Shown here: one piece after another, positions 28,807-38,879 of the stretch
Layout: each line of letters starts with the position of its first letter
Numbering within the stretch: the stretch's first letter is position 1
Translations under genes and position numbers: made by a program
Notes under the pieces: model-generated
What the model was told of the DNA's origin: nothing
Database searches by the model: none
The model's input: the letters and a program-made list of their open reading frames with translations, nothing else
DNA from: an uncultured Bacteroidales bacterium
GTDB lineage: Bacteria; Bacteroidota; Bacteroidia; Bacteroidales; JAGOPY01
DNA: 64,000 nt
Assembly (NCBI GenBank): GCA_964489545.1
Contig: CAZAZE010000003.1
Span: 249,527-313,526, forward strand
Reading direction: 5' to 3'

Positions 28807-29314
28807 ATCGCTGCTGGCCAATACCGTCCGCTTCATTGTCCTGGTCCTGGCGCAGATCTACATCTTCGACAAGATCCAGGTAACCGGCTTCATCAACCCG
28901 CAGGTCTACGTGTTGTTCATCCTTATGCTGCCGTTTGAGATCGCGGGGTTCTGGCTGCTGGCGCTGTCGTTCCTGCTGGGCATCACCGTCGACATTTTCC
29001 AGCAGACGCCGGGTATGCACGCCGCAGCATCGGTCTTCCTTGCCTTCAGCCGCCCGGGCGTCATCCGCCTGGTCGGTAAAAAAGAAGACCTGGAGCCGTA
29101 CCAGTATCCGAACGTACGCGAATCCGGATCTCTCTGGTTCCTGGCCTACACCATGATCCTGGTCCTGCTCCATCATCTGTTCCTCTTCTACCTGGAAGTC
29201 TTCCGCTTCAGCGAATTTTTCCAGACCCTGCTGAAAGTGGTGGTCAATACCGTCATCACCACCATGATCATCATGCTCCTGCAGTTTTTGTTCTTTTCCA
29301 GGAAAAGAGATTGA
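28799..29314 (+). CDS. mreD: Rod shape-determining protein MreD
   Basis: Hydrophobic multi-TM protein after mreC; YVLFILMLP, GITVDIF...PGMHAAA. Confidence 0.88.
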   Translation: MNKSLLANTVRFIVLVLAQIYIFDKIQVTGFINPQVYVLFILMLPFEIAGFWLLALSFLLGITVDIFQQTPGMHAAASVFLAFSRPGVIRLVGKKEDLEPYQYPNVRESGSLWFLAYTMILVLLHHLFLFYLEVFRFSEFFQTLLKVVVNTVITTMIIMLLQFLFFSRKRD

Positions 29315-29355
29315 GTTTTTGTTTTTAGTTTTGTCACCTTAAAAAATCAACTGAT

Positions 29356-30471
29356 ATGTTCAAGAACCTGGTTATTATTGCTTTCGCCGCCCTGATGATC
29401 GCATCCTGCACCACGCCGGTCAAAAATGAATTCACCATCACCGGATCCGTAGATTCCGTGTTCGACGGTTATGTGCTGCTGCAACGGAGGCTGGAAGCCC
29501 CTCTGGTCACCATCGACTCCGTGCCGATGCGTGCGGGAAAATTTGAATTCAAAGGCACCGTGGAATACCCCGAAGTTTTTTACATCAACATTCCCGGAAC
29601 CAAATCACTGGTGCCCTTCTTCGTGGAAGCCAGCGAAATCAGCATCAATATCAATACCCGCGAAATCGACAAGACCAGCATCACCGGCTCGTCCGTGCAG
29701 AAAGAATATGAAAACTACCTGGACATGGTCGACCAGTACAATGCCAAAGTGAAAGAAAACTACCAGATGTACGTAAAGGCCATGGAAACCGGCGATGAGG
29801 AAAAAGCGCGGTATTTTGACTCGCTCGCCACGGCCTATGACGAGCAGCGGACCCAGTTCTCCAGGGAATTCGCCAAAAAGAACAATAAATCCTTCGTTTC
29901 GCCTTACATTGTGTACCGCAACAGCTGGGCTTACGGCATGGAAGACCTGGAGAGCACCCTGAACAATTTCGATACGGTGCTGAACCGTTCGGTGTATACC
30001 GGTTTTCTGCAGGATTACCTGAAAACGATGAAGCGCACCGCGGTGGGCATGATCTATGTGACCTTCCAGATGCAGGATACCGCCGGCACCTACCTGGCGA
30101 TCGCCGACCTGATCGGCGAGAATTACCTGCTGCTCGATTTCTGGGCCAGCTGGTGCGCCCCCTGCCGGGAAGAGAACCCGAACCTGGTGGCCATGTATAA
30201 CAAATACCACGAAAAGGGCTTTGACATCTTCGGCGTTTCGCTCGACTCCAACCGCGACCGCTGGCTGAAAGCGATCAAGGACGACAACCTCACCTGGCAC
30301 CATGTTTCGGACCTCACCGGCTGGGACAACAAGGCGGCCCGCAGCTATGGCGTCCGTTCCATCCCGGCCAACGTGCTCATCAATCCGCAGGGCTATATCA
30401 TCGGAAAAAATTTACGGGGAGAAGAGCTTCAGAAGAAACTGGCCGAGATCTTCCCGGAAGCATCCCTTTAG
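29356..30471 (+). CDS. TlpA/AhpC-TSA thiol-disulfide oxidoreductase lipoprotein with a DUF4369-like N-terminal domain
   Basis: Lipobox IASC; LLDFWASWCAPCREENP; GVSLD; IPANVLI. Confidence 0.9.
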   Translation: MFKNLVIIAFAALMIASCTTPVKNEFTITGSVDSVFDGYVLLQRRLEAPLVTIDSVPMRAGKFEFKGTVEYPEVFYINIPGTKSLVPFFVEASEISININTREIDKTSITGSSVQKEYENYLDMVDQYNAKVKENYQMYVKAMETGDEEKARYFDSLATAYDEQRTQFSREFAKKNNKSFVSPYIVYRNSWAYGMEDLESTLNNFDTVLNRSVYTGFLQDYLKTMKRTAVGMIYVTFQMQDTAGTYLAIADLIGENYLLLDFWASWCAPCREENPNLVAMYNKYHEKGFDIFGVSLDSNRDRWLKAIKDDNLTWHHVSDLTGWDNKAARSYGVRSIPANVLINPQGYIIGKNLRGEELQKKLAEIFPEASL

Positions 30472-30477
30472 GAATCC

Positions 30478-31884
30478 TTATTCATTTTCCTCCTCTGGCG
30501 CGGGCCTGGTATTCTTCGGATGCTGCTCGCGCCAGATTTTATTGAACGTCCGGGCTTCCAGCCTGGGCAGTTCGCGCCTGGGGCCCCACGCGCCGGCGAA
30601 GAAATTTCGGAACAGGCTGTTTTTAAAGCCGCCGCTCATGTTCATCAGGTTTCTCCGAAGCAGGACGCGGCGCAGGTTGGTCATCACGAACTTTTCACTT
30701 CCGGTGCCCATACCTTTGTTGACGCTTGCATTCCGGTTGACCAGCAACAGTTCGTGCAGCGGGATCTTCACCGGGCAGACTTCCGTGCAACTGCCGCAAA
30801 GGGAAGAGGCGTAGCTCAGGTGCCTGTAATCCCTCATGTTTTCCATTAAGGGCGTGATGACCGAGCCGATCGGACCTGTATAGACGGAACCGTAGGTATA
30901 GCCTCCGATGTTTTTATAGACCGGACAGGCGTTGAGGCAGGCGCCGCAGCGGATGCACGACATGGCGCGGCGCGGGCGCACCTCTCGGATCACCTCCGTG
31001 CGCCGGTTGTCGAGCAGGATGACATACATCTCCTCCGGGCCGTCGGGTTCATTTTCCTTCCTTGGTCCGAACAGGATGGAATTGTAGACCGTCATTTTCT
31101 GCCCGGTGCCATGGGTGGCCAGCAAAGGCCAGAACAGCTGCAGATCGTTGATGGAAGGCAGCAGCTTTTCTATCCCGGCGATCACGATGTGCACCCGGGG
31201 GAAAGACACCGACATCATCCCGTTGCCTTCGTTCTCCGTCAGGCAGACCGCGCCGGCGTCGGCCAGCAGGAAATTGGCCCCGGTGATCCCGGCGTCGGCC
31301 TCATGGAATTTCTGCCGCAGGTGTTCCCGGGTATAAGACGTGATCTCCGATGGAGTAGAATGCTCCGGCAGCCCGAATTTTTCATGGAACAGCGCGGCCA
31401 CATCCTCCTTCGACTTATGCATGGCCGGTGTGAGAATGTGATACGGCTTTTCGCCGGCAAGCTGCACAATGAACTCGCCCAGGTCGGTCTCCACCGCCTC
31501 GATCTTCTTCTTCTCCAGGAAATCGTTCAGGTCCAGCTCTTCCGACATCATCGACTTGGATTTGACCACCGAAGTCGCCCGGATCCTTTTCAGAATGGCC
31601 ATAACCTCCTTCAGCGCATCTTTGTAAGTAGGCGCCCAGATCACCTTACCGCCGTTCTTCTCAAAATTGCTCTCAAATTCAATGAGATATTTATCCAGGT
31701 CGTTGATGATCTTGTGTTTGGCATTCGCCGCCCGTTTCCGGGCCAGCTCCAGGTCGGAGAACTGCAGCTTCCCTTTCGCCACCGCGCTGTCGTACCTGGA
31801 AATGTTGTTCCGGAGCTTTTGCCGGTGGCTTTCGTCGAACGATACCTTTTCGGCATCCTTCAGGAATTTTTTCTGCAGTTCCAT
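30478..31884 (-). CDS. lutB: LutB/LldF family lactate-utilisation Fe-S protein
   Basis: VKSKSM, ETDLGEFIVQL, PYHILTPAMH, CIRCGACLNACPVY, SSLCGSCTEVCPVKI. Confidence 0.88.
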   Translation of the reverse strand: MELQKKFLKDAEKVSFDESHRQKLRNNISRYDSAVAKGKLQFSDLELARKRAANAKHKIINDLDKYLIEFESNFEKNGGKVIWAPTYKDALKEVMAILKRIRATSVVKSKSMMSEELDLNDFLEKKKIEAVETDLGEFIVQLAGEKPYHILTPAMHKSKEDVAALFHEKFGLPEHSTPSEITSYTREHLRQKFHEADAGITGANFLLADAGAVCLTENEGNGMMSVSFPRVHIVIAGIEKLLPSINDLQLFWPLLATHGTGQKMTVYNSILFGPRKENEPDGPEEMYVILLDNRRTEVIREVRPRRAMSCIRCGACLNACPVYKNIGGYTYGSVYTGPIGSVITPLMENMRDYRHLSYASSLCGSCTEVCPVKIPLHELLLVNRNASVNKGMGTGSEKFVMTNLRRVLLRRNLMNMSGGFKNSLFRNFFAGAWGPRRELPRLEARTFNKIWREQHPKNTRPAPEEENE

Positions 31885-31886
31885 GA

Positions 31887-32342
31887 TCAGTGATTCAAAC
31901 AGTTGGCAATCTTTGAAACCCTTTGCGCATGCCTGCCGCCCTCAAACGGCGTGGACAGGAACATATCGACCATGGCCGCGGCCAGGCTGAATTCAATGAA
32001 CCGCCCCGGCAACGACAGGATATTGGCATCGTTGTGCTGGCGGGCGAGGCGGGTAATCTCCTCATTCCAGCAGAGCGCCGCACGCACGCCGGGATATTTG
32101 TTGGCCACCATCTGCGCACCGTTGCCACTGCCGCAAATGATAATCCCGACCGGATAAAGCCCGGAATCGACAGCATGCGCCAGGGGATGGATGAAATCGG
32201 GATAATCGACACTTTCGCCGCTGTGGGTGCCAAAATCCCTGACTTCGTATCCTGATTTCTTCAGATGTTCCATGATGAAAGATTTCATCTCATATCCCCC
32301 ATGGTCCGAAGCAATGGGAATAACCGTATTTTTTAATTCCAT
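31887..32342 (-). CDS. rpiB: Ribose-5-phosphate isomerase B
   Basis: IASDHGG, VDYPDF, ICGSGNG, ARQHNDAN, FEGGRH; TAACTTTG -7 element upstream. Confidence 0.95.
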   Translation of the reverse strand: MELKNTVIPIASDHGGYEMKSFIMEHLKKSGYEVRDFGTHSGESVDYPDFIHPLAHAVDSGLYPVGIIICGSGNGAQMVANKYPGVRAALCWNEEITRLARQHNDANILSLPGRFIEFSLAAAMVDMFLSTPFEGGRHAQRVSKIANCLNH

Positions 32343-32789
32343 AAGCAAATAAAAGAACAAAGTTAAGGGGATAATCTATCCCGGCTGATATTCATAAAAT
32401 TAACACTTACCAACAATTGTTAATTGCCGATTGTCAATTACACTGTATAACTGGCATCAAATTTGATTCATTGACCATCAGAAAACAAAACTGAATAATG
32501 CAAATCATTTTATTGGATTCTTTTCAGTAGATCGATGATCTTTATCAACACACGCGTATTAACTTTGAGCCCTAATTTTTTAACACCCGGCTTTAATAAC
32601 ATCCTGTTAATAATTCTTAATATTCATCGGATCAATGAATAAAAAATCAATATTTCCGGAAATGTGTTTATATTTTTGGATATTTAAATTTTGCAAGATT
32701 TCCGGAGGATATTTCTCCACCCTGTTAACAGGATAAATATTAAAGACAATTTTTTTTAAAAACTATATATATAATCATTGTTATTAAAG
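32343..32789. other. AT-rich spacer with clustered DnaA-box-like 9-mers; candidate oriC
   Basis: TTATCAACA (32542), TTACCAACA (32407), TTTTTAACA (32577), TTAATAACA (32593), TGTTAATAA (32605), TGTTATTAA (32779); GATC sites. Confidence 0.45.
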
Positions 32790-33725
32790 ATGGATTACAG
32801 AGCGGAATTTGAGCGCCTGAAGAAAGAGAAGAACGCCATATTGCTTGCGCATTATTACCAGACCGATGATATACAGGAAATTGCGGATTATGTGGGCGAC
32901 AGCCTTGGACTCGCGCAACAGGCAGAGAAAGCCAACGCATCGGTCATTGTCTTCGCAGGGGTTCACTTCATGGCGGAAACGGCGAAAATATTGAATCCCG
33001 GTACTAAAGTCCTCCTGCCTGACCCGGAGGCGGGTTGTTCCCTGGCCGATTCATGCCCCTACGATGATTTTAAGCGGTTCAGGGAAGACCACCCGGACCA
33101 TGTGGTCGTCTCCTACATTAATTGTACTGCCGCCGTTAAAACGCTTTCAGATGTGATCTGCACCTCGAGCAACGCCCGGCAGATCGTGGAATCTTTTCCG
33201 GAAGACCAGAAGATCATCTTTGCGCCCGACAAAAACCTGGGCGGTTATATCAACCGGATCACCGGCCGCAACATGCTTCTTTGGGAGGGGACCTGTGAGG
33301 TCCATGACATTTTGCAGACCGAAGCGGTGATCCGGCTTAAGATAGAAAACCCGGACGCAAAACTGATCGCCCATCCCGAGTGCAAGGCGCAGATCCTCGA
33401 GCTGGCCGATTTTGTCGGATCGACAACGGCTTTGCTGAATTTTACCGTGAAGGATGATGCCAAGAAATACATCGTCGCTACCGAAACAGGCATTCTGTAC
33501 CAGATGAGGAAATCGTCCCCGGACAAGGAATTCATCATTGTTCCGTCCGACGAGACCTGTTCCTGCAACGATTGTCCGTATATGAAACTCAATACGATGC
33601 AGAAGTTATATCTTTGTCTGAAGAATGAACGGCCTGAAATCGTACTTTCGGAAGAAATCATAAATAAGGCCAGGAAGCCCATAGAAAAGATGCTGGAAAT
33701 TTCAAGAAAAGCCCGGCTGATCTAA
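32790..33725 (+). CDS. nadA: Quinolinate synthase A
   Basis: ILLAHYYQ, GDSLGL, GVHFMAETAKILNP, GCSLADSC, YINC, AHPEC, CPYMK. Confidence 0.96.
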   Translation: MDYRAEFERLKKEKNAILLAHYYQTDDIQEIADYVGDSLGLAQQAEKANASVIVFAGVHFMAETAKILNPGTKVLLPDPEAGCSLADSCPYDDFKRFREDHPDHVVVSYINCTAAVKTLSDVICTSSNARQIVESFPEDQKIIFAPDKNLGGYINRITGRNMLLWEGTCEVHDILQTEAVIRLKIENPDAKLIAHPECKAQILELADFVGSTTALLNFTVKDDAKKYIVATETGILYQMRKSSPDKEFIIVPSDETCSCNDCPYMKLNTMQKLYLCLKNERPEIVLSEEIINKARKPIEKMLEISRKARLI

Positions 33726-33735
33726 GAGAATAAAT

Positions 33736-35286
33736 GTGAAACTGAAGATTGTCATACCGGTCGTTGCCTTTATTTTATGCGGTTTATCCTTTGCTTACGG
33801 GCAGGAAGAAAACCAGGTCGTGACCGACGGTTACCAGGTCTTTTATCATCCCAACGGGGTGATCTCCAGCGAAGGCACCATGCGGGCCGGAAAGCCTGAC
33901 GGGTATTGGAAGACATATAATGACCAGGGGATACTCATCTCTGAAGGAAACCGTAAAAACTATCAGCTCGACAGTCTCTGGCGGTTCTACGATGAGGAAG
34001 GAAGGATCACCATGGAGATCAGTTACCGGCAGGGTAAAAAGAACGGCATCCGGAAAACCTACCGGCAGGATGAGATCATAGAGGAAAATTTCTCAGAAGA
34101 CCTGAAGGACGGGATGACCCGTTATTATTATCCTTCGGGAAAAGTGAAAAAGGAGGTCATGTTCCGGCAGGGGCTTGAGGATGGTGTTTCCCGGGAATTC
34201 GACGAGGATGGGCGGATCGTCACCCTGATCACCTATAAAAGCGGGTTCATCACTGAACGGGAGCTGATCAACCGCTATGACAACGCCGGGCAGAAGCATG
34301 GTCCCTGGAAATATTTCTATGATAACGGTATGGTCAGAAGGGAAGGCAATTACAAACATGGCCTGGAGAACGGTTTTTTCAAGGAATATGACCGGGAAGG
34401 CAATTTACTGACCACATCCAAATACGCGGAAGGAACCATGCAGGAAGACGTGGCCGAGCTGGCGAAGCTGGATGTGCGGAAAGACTATTACCCGGACGGT
34501 AAGGTCCGTATCGCCGCCACGTATAACAAAGAGGGACAGCCCGAGGGCATCCGCCGCGAATACGCGCCTGACGGGACCATTGAACGTTCCTATATTTTCA
34601 GGAACGGAATCCTGATCGGGGAAGGGATCGTCACGGAAAAAGGAGAACGCGACGGTTTCTGGAAAGAGTATTACAACGATGGCCGGCTCAAAGCCGAAGG
34701 GAAGTACAACAAGGATGTCAGGGAAGGAAACTGGGTGTTCTACCACGAGAACGGGATGAAGGAGCAGGAAGGCATGTACCGGGAGGGTAAGCCGGAAGGG
34801 GACTGGACCTGGTATTATGCTTCGGGAGAGGTGCTCAGGACCGAATCGTATTACAACGGCCTGTCCGACGGGATCATGACGGAATATGATCAGGACGGCA
34901 AGGTGATCACCAAAGGGGAATACATCGAGGGAAAAGAGGAAGGGCCCTGGTATTACCGTGTGGGCGACAGCGAAGCGGAAGGATCCTACGCCGGCGGATT
35001 GCGCAACGGGATGTGGAAATATTTTGATCTTGCCGCAGGGTATGGAAAACAAAAAACTCTTCGTTTTGAAGGCCGGTTCATCGAAGATAATCCCCATGGG
35101 AAACATACATACTACTGGGACAACGGCAACAAAAAGGATGAAGGCGAATACAGCATGGGGCTCAAAACGGGAGAATGGATCCACTACAATTACGATGGGA
35201 CCCCGTTCATCACCGTGACCTATGAGAACGGCATTGAACAGCGTTACGACGGCATCCGCATCGCGGACGGTCAGTCCGTTCAATAA
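33736..35286 (+). CDS. MORN-variant (YwqK-like) repeat protein, exported
   Basis: Signal peptide; many G-x-W-x-x-Y/F-x-x-x-G repeats; GTG start. Confidence 0.8.
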   Translation: MKLKIVIPVVAFILCGLSFAYGQEENQVVTDGYQVFYHPNGVISSEGTMRAGKPDGYWKTYNDQGILISEGNRKNYQLDSLWRFYDEEGRITMEISYRQGKKNGIRKTYRQDEIIEENFSEDLKDGMTRYYYPSGKVKKEVMFRQGLEDGVSREFDEDGRIVTLITYKSGFITERELINRYDNAGQKHGPWKYFYDNGMVRREGNYKHGLENGFFKEYDREGNLLTTSKYAEGTMQEDVAELAKLDVRKDYYPDGKVRIAATYNKEGQPEGIRREYAPDGTIERSYIFRNGILIGEGIVTEKGERDGFWKEYYNDGRLKAEGKYNKDVREGNWVFYHENGMKEQEGMYREGKPEGDWTWYYASGEVLRTESYYNGLSDGIMTEYDQDGKVITKGEYIEGKEEGPWYYRVGDSEAEGSYAGGLRNGMWKYFDLAAGYGKQKTLRFEGRFIEDNPHGKHTYYWDNGNKKDEGEYSMGLKTGEWIHYNYDGTPFITVTYENGIEQRYDGIRIADGQSVQ

Positions 35287-35330
35287 AAAATAATTCTATA
35301 TTTGCATTTCAAACCATTAAAGAGAAAGCT

Positions 35331-35795
35331 ATGACCAGAAAAATCAACCTATTGGCATTGTTTGCCATCATGATGTTCTTATCCACCAACCTTTTTGCAC
35401 AGGAAATGACCTCGGCGAAAAAAGCGGTGGCCCCCCAGAAGGGCGCAGTGTTAACCCCCGAAAAATTCCAGGATGCAGCTGCAGATCTTGTTGGACAGGA
35501 AGTGGAAATTGAAGGCATGGTGGTGCATGTCTGCAAGCATGGCGGAAAAAAGATGTTCCTGATCGGTGAGAACCCCGATATCCGGATCAAGATCACCGCG
35601 AGCGACAAAGTGGGCGTGTTCGATCCGGAACTGGAAGGAAGCACGGTACATGTGAACGGAATCGTGGAACCCATGGATGAAGCCGAGGCCGTGGCCACGG
35701 AAGAAAAACATGAGGAAGACGCCGATCACAAGAACTATTACCACAAGCCGCAGTTCTCCATTTCCTGCCTGGCATTCAAAACGATGGAAGATTAA
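35331..35795 (+). CDS. Exported hypothetical protein, possible OB-fold
   Basis: Signal peptide; VEIEGMVVHVCKHGGKKMFL; acidic/His-rich C-terminal segment; TATATTTG -7 element upstream. Confidence 0.6.
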   Translation: MTRKINLLALFAIMMFLSTNLFAQEMTSAKKAVAPQKGAVLTPEKFQDAAADLVGQEVEIEGMVVHVCKHGGKKMFLIGENPDIRIKITASDKVGVFDPELEGSTVHVNGIVEPMDEAEAVATEEKHEEDADHKNYYHKPQFSISCLAFKTMED

Positions 35796-35823
35796 GCGCG
35801 ATAATATGCATTTAAATGTGAAC

Positions 35824-35858
35824 AAAGCGCAAGGAAGTAAGCTTTCCTGCGCTTTTTT
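35824..35858 (+). terminator. Rho-independent terminator
   Basis: AAAGCGCAAGGAAG-taag-CTTTCCTGCGCTTT followed by a T run. Confidence 0.65.
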
Positions 35859-35880
35859 CATATAAAAAACGATACCAAAG

Positions 35881-36444
35881 ATGAGACTTCAATGGCGAAA
35901 ATGGTTCCGGGTGGTTCACCGGGATTTTGGCTATCTTTTTTTCGGCCTGACACTGGTTTATTCCATATCAGGCATTGCGCTCAACCATCTTGACGACTGG
36001 AACTCCAACTATATCATCATCCGCAAGGAGATCACCGTGGAAGACCTTTCCAGGATCACCCGGGGCATGAGCAAAGCGGAGGCGCGGGCCCTGCTTGAGC
36101 CTTACGGCCAGGAAGATGCTTACAAGAATCACTATTTTCCGCAGGAGAACCAGATGAAGATCTTCCTGAAGGGAGGATCGGTGATCATCAACCTGGAGAC
36201 GGGGAATGGTTTGCTGGAGCGGGTGACGCGCAGGCCTTTCTTCCGGGAAATGAACTGGCTGCACTACAACCCCGTGATCAGCTGGACCTGGGTTTCCGAC
36301 GTGTTCGCCGGGGCGCTGATCGTACTGGCCATCACCGGGCTGTTCCTGGTGCGGGGCGCCAAAGGCATCACGGGCCGCGGCGCCTGGCTGACCATCCTCG
36401 GGATCGTGCTCCCGGTAGTTTTCCTGCTGATCTTCTTCTATTAA
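35881..36444 (+). CDS. PepSY-associated TM helix domain protein
   Basis: FRVVHRDFGYLFFGLTLVYSISGIALNH, MNWLHYNP, LAITGLFL. Confidence 0.85.
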   Translation: MRLQWRKWFRVVHRDFGYLFFGLTLVYSISGIALNHLDDWNSNYIIIRKEITVEDLSRITRGMSKAEARALLEPYGQEDAYKNHYFPQENQMKIFLKGGSVIINLETGNGLLERVTRRPFFREMNWLHYNPVISWTWVSDVFAGALIVLAITGLFLVRGAKGITGRGAWLTILGIVLPVVFLLIFFY

Positions 36445-36455
36445 ATCACACGACC

Positions 36456-36632
36456 ATGAACATTTACTGGTTTACAGCTATATTCATCCTGTGGTATACC
36501 CTCTCGCTGATTATCTCCGAGCGGATCGGGAAAAAAAGGACAATCGGGGAGGAATGGTCATTCTTCCTGAGTTTCATGCTCAGCCCGCTGGTCGGCCTGC
36601 TGGTCAGCCTGGCCACAAAACCCAGGATTTAA
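36456..36632 (+). CDS. Small (58 aa) two-TM membrane protein
   Basis: Manual translation: MNIYWFTAIFILWYTLSLIISERIGKKRTIGEEWSFFLSFMLSPLVGLLVSLATKPRI; 11 nt after the PepSY gene; below the ORF-track length cut-off. Confidence 0.65.
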   Translation: MNIYWFTAIFILWYTLSLIISERIGKKRTIGEEWSFFLSFMLSPLVGLLVSLATKPRI

Positions 36633-36640
36633 GCCTTATC

Positions 36641-38866
36641 TCATCGTCTTTTTGACCGGTAATCCGGTTTCCGGGATTTTTTCTCCTTGCCGGCCGGTAA
36701 TTCATTGATGATCTGGAAATCCATCTCTTTTCGGCTAAGATCAATTCTTTTCACTCTGATCTTTACCGGGTCGCCAAGCTTATACTGGTGGCCGTGGCGC
36801 TGACCGATGACCTGGTAGTTGTCTTCATCCAGGAAGTAATAATCGTCCGCCAGGTCGCGCAGCCTGACCATCCCTTCGCTTTTTGAGCCGGTAAGCTCCA
36901 CGTAGATGCCCCATTTGCTCACCCCGGAGATCAGCCCGCTGAATTCCTGTCCGATCTTATCGAGCAGGTACTCGGCCTGCTTGTATTTGACCGACTCCCG
37001 TTCCGCCTCGGCCGCCTTGCGTTCCATTTCGCTCGAGTGTTCGCATTTTTTCTCGAATTCCTCCTTGCCCACGTTGCCGCCCTTGTTCAGGTATCGGTCG
37101 AGCAGCCGGTGGACCATCAGGTCGGGATACCGGCGGATGGGCGAGGTGAAATGGGTGTAGAATTTGAAGCCCAGGCCGTAATGCCCGATGTTGTCGGTCG
37201 AATAGATGGCTTTGGCCATGGTCCGGATCGCGATGGTCTCGATCATGGTCTGCTCGCCCCGGCCTTCGATCTGCTGGAACAGCTTGTTGAACGACGAAGC
37301 CAGCCCCTTCCGGTTGTCGATGTTCAGCTTGTACCCCAGCTTGCCGAGGAACTGGGCGAAGGTGGTCAGCTTTTCCATGCTGGGCGAATCGTGGATGCGG
37401 TACACGAAAGTTTTGGCTTTTTCATTCGCTTTCACCTTCCCGATCAGCTCAGCCACTTTTTTATTGGCCAGCAGCATGAAGTCTTCGATCAGCCGGTTCG
37501 ATTCCTTCTGCTCCTTGATGAAAACACTCAGGGGCTTTCCTTTTTCATCCAGGACGAACTTGACCTCCTGGCTTTCAAAATTGATGGAGCCTTTCCGGAA
37601 GCGGTCCTCGCGCAGTTTGGTGGCTAGCTTGTTCAGGATCAGGATCTCTTCGGAGTATTCACCCTGGCCGGTCTCGATGATCTCCTGCACTTCTTCGTAA
37701 TTGAACCGCCGGTTGGAATTGATGAGGGTCCGCCCGATCCATTGCTGCTGTATTTCCGCGTTTTCATCCAGGGTGAACACCGCCGCGTAGCAGAGTTTGT
37801 CTTCGTGCGGCTTCAGCGAACAGAGGTCGTTCGACAGTTTTTCCGGGAGCATGGGGATGGTGCGGTCGACCAGGTAGACCGAAGTTGCGCGGTTGAACGC
37901 CTCCTTGTCGATCAGGCTGCCTTCCTTCACGTAGTAGGAAACGTCGGCGATGTGCACGCCAACCTCAAACAGCCCGTCGGGAAGTTTCCGGAGCGAAAGG
38001 GCGTCGTCGAAATCCTTGGCGTCGGCCGGGTCGATGGTCAGGGTGAAGACGTCCCGGAAGTCTTTCCGCCTCCGGATCTCTTCCGCGGTGATGCCCCTGT
38101 CGATCTTCTCCGCCTCTTTCTCGACTTTCTCTGCGAACTTCCAGGGGAAATCGAACTCAGCCAGGATGGATTTCATTTCCACCTCGTGCTCTCCCGGTGT
38201 TCCCAGGACTTCCGTGACCGTTCCGAACGGATTTTTCGAGTGCTCGGGCCATTCGGTGATGCGGACCACCACTTTCTGACCGCTCTTCGCCCCGTTCAGC
38301 TCCTCTTTCGGGATGAAAATGTCGACGGGCATGCTCTGGTTATCGGCGACGAGGAAGGCGAAATGCTTGCTGATGTCGATGATCCCGACGTATTGTTCCT
38401 TGCCCCGCTCCAGGATTTCGATGATCTGGCCTTCGACCTTACGATCATTTCTTTTCGGGAAGAGCAGCACTTTGACCCGGTCGCCGTTCAGGGCGCGGAA
38501 CGTATTGTTCGGGGCGATATAGATGTCTTCTCCGCCTTCGTCGTTGATCACATAGGCTTTCCCGGTGCCTTTCATATCGACTTTCCCGGTGATGTATTTC
38601 TTCAGCTGGGGCGCCTGCGCGGCGTATTCTTCGCTGATGCGGTATTTTCCCGGTTTCAGCTCGGTGATGGCCCCGTCTTCCAGCAATTCCACCAGGATGA
38701 TGTTGATGAGATCCTTGCTGGCCTTGTCTTTGATGCCCAGCCCGGCGGCCACCTGCTTGTAGTTATAGGCCCGGTAGGGCTGTTTGGTGAAGATACCGAG
38801 CACACTGCCGGCGAATGCGTTTTTTCCGCGGGGACGGGGTTTCTTTTGAGATTTTTTCTTTGACAT
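36641..38866 (-). CDS. rnr: Ribonuclease R
   Basis: TIDPADAKDFDDA, VGVHIADVS, HFTSPIRRYPD, C-terminal S1 domain and basic tail. Confidence 0.96.
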   Translation of the reverse strand: MSKKKSQKKPRPRGKNAFAGSVLGIFTKQPYRAYNYKQVAAGLGIKDKASKDLINIILVELLEDGAITELKPGKYRISEEYAAQAPQLKKYITGKVDMKGTGKAYVINDEGGEDIYIAPNNTFRALNGDRVKVLLFPKRNDRKVEGQIIEILERGKEQYVGIIDISKHFAFLVADNQSMPVDIFIPKEELNGAKSGQKVVVRITEWPEHSKNPFGTVTEVLGTPGEHEVEMKSILAEFDFPWKFAEKVEKEAEKIDRGITAEEIRRRKDFRDVFTLTIDPADAKDFDDALSLRKLPDGLFEVGVHIADVSYYVKEGSLIDKEAFNRATSVYLVDRTIPMLPEKLSNDLCSLKPHEDKLCYAAVFTLDENAEIQQQWIGRTLINSNRRFNYEEVQEIIETGQGEYSEEILILNKLATKLREDRFRKGSINFESQEVKFVLDEKGKPLSVFIKEQKESNRLIEDFMLLANKKVAELIGKVKANEKAKTFVYRIHDSPSMEKLTTFAQFLGKLGYKLNIDNRKGLASSFNKLFQQIEGRGEQTMIETIAIRTMAKAIYSTDNIGHYGLGFKFYTHFTSPIRRYPDLMVHRLLDRYLNKGGNVGKEEFEKKCEHSSEMERKAAEAERESVKYKQAEYLLDKIGQEFSGLISGVSKWGIYVELTGSKSEGMVRLRDLADDYYFLDEDNYQVIGQRHGHQYKLGDPVKIRVKRIDLSRKEMDFQIINELPAGKEKKSRKPDYRSKRR

Positions 38867-38879
38867 TACGTTGATCTTT

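Noticed and set aside
33736-35286. YwqK-like protein as the antitoxin of a TA system
   Set aside because: It is a large exported MORN-variant repeat protein with no adjacent toxin.
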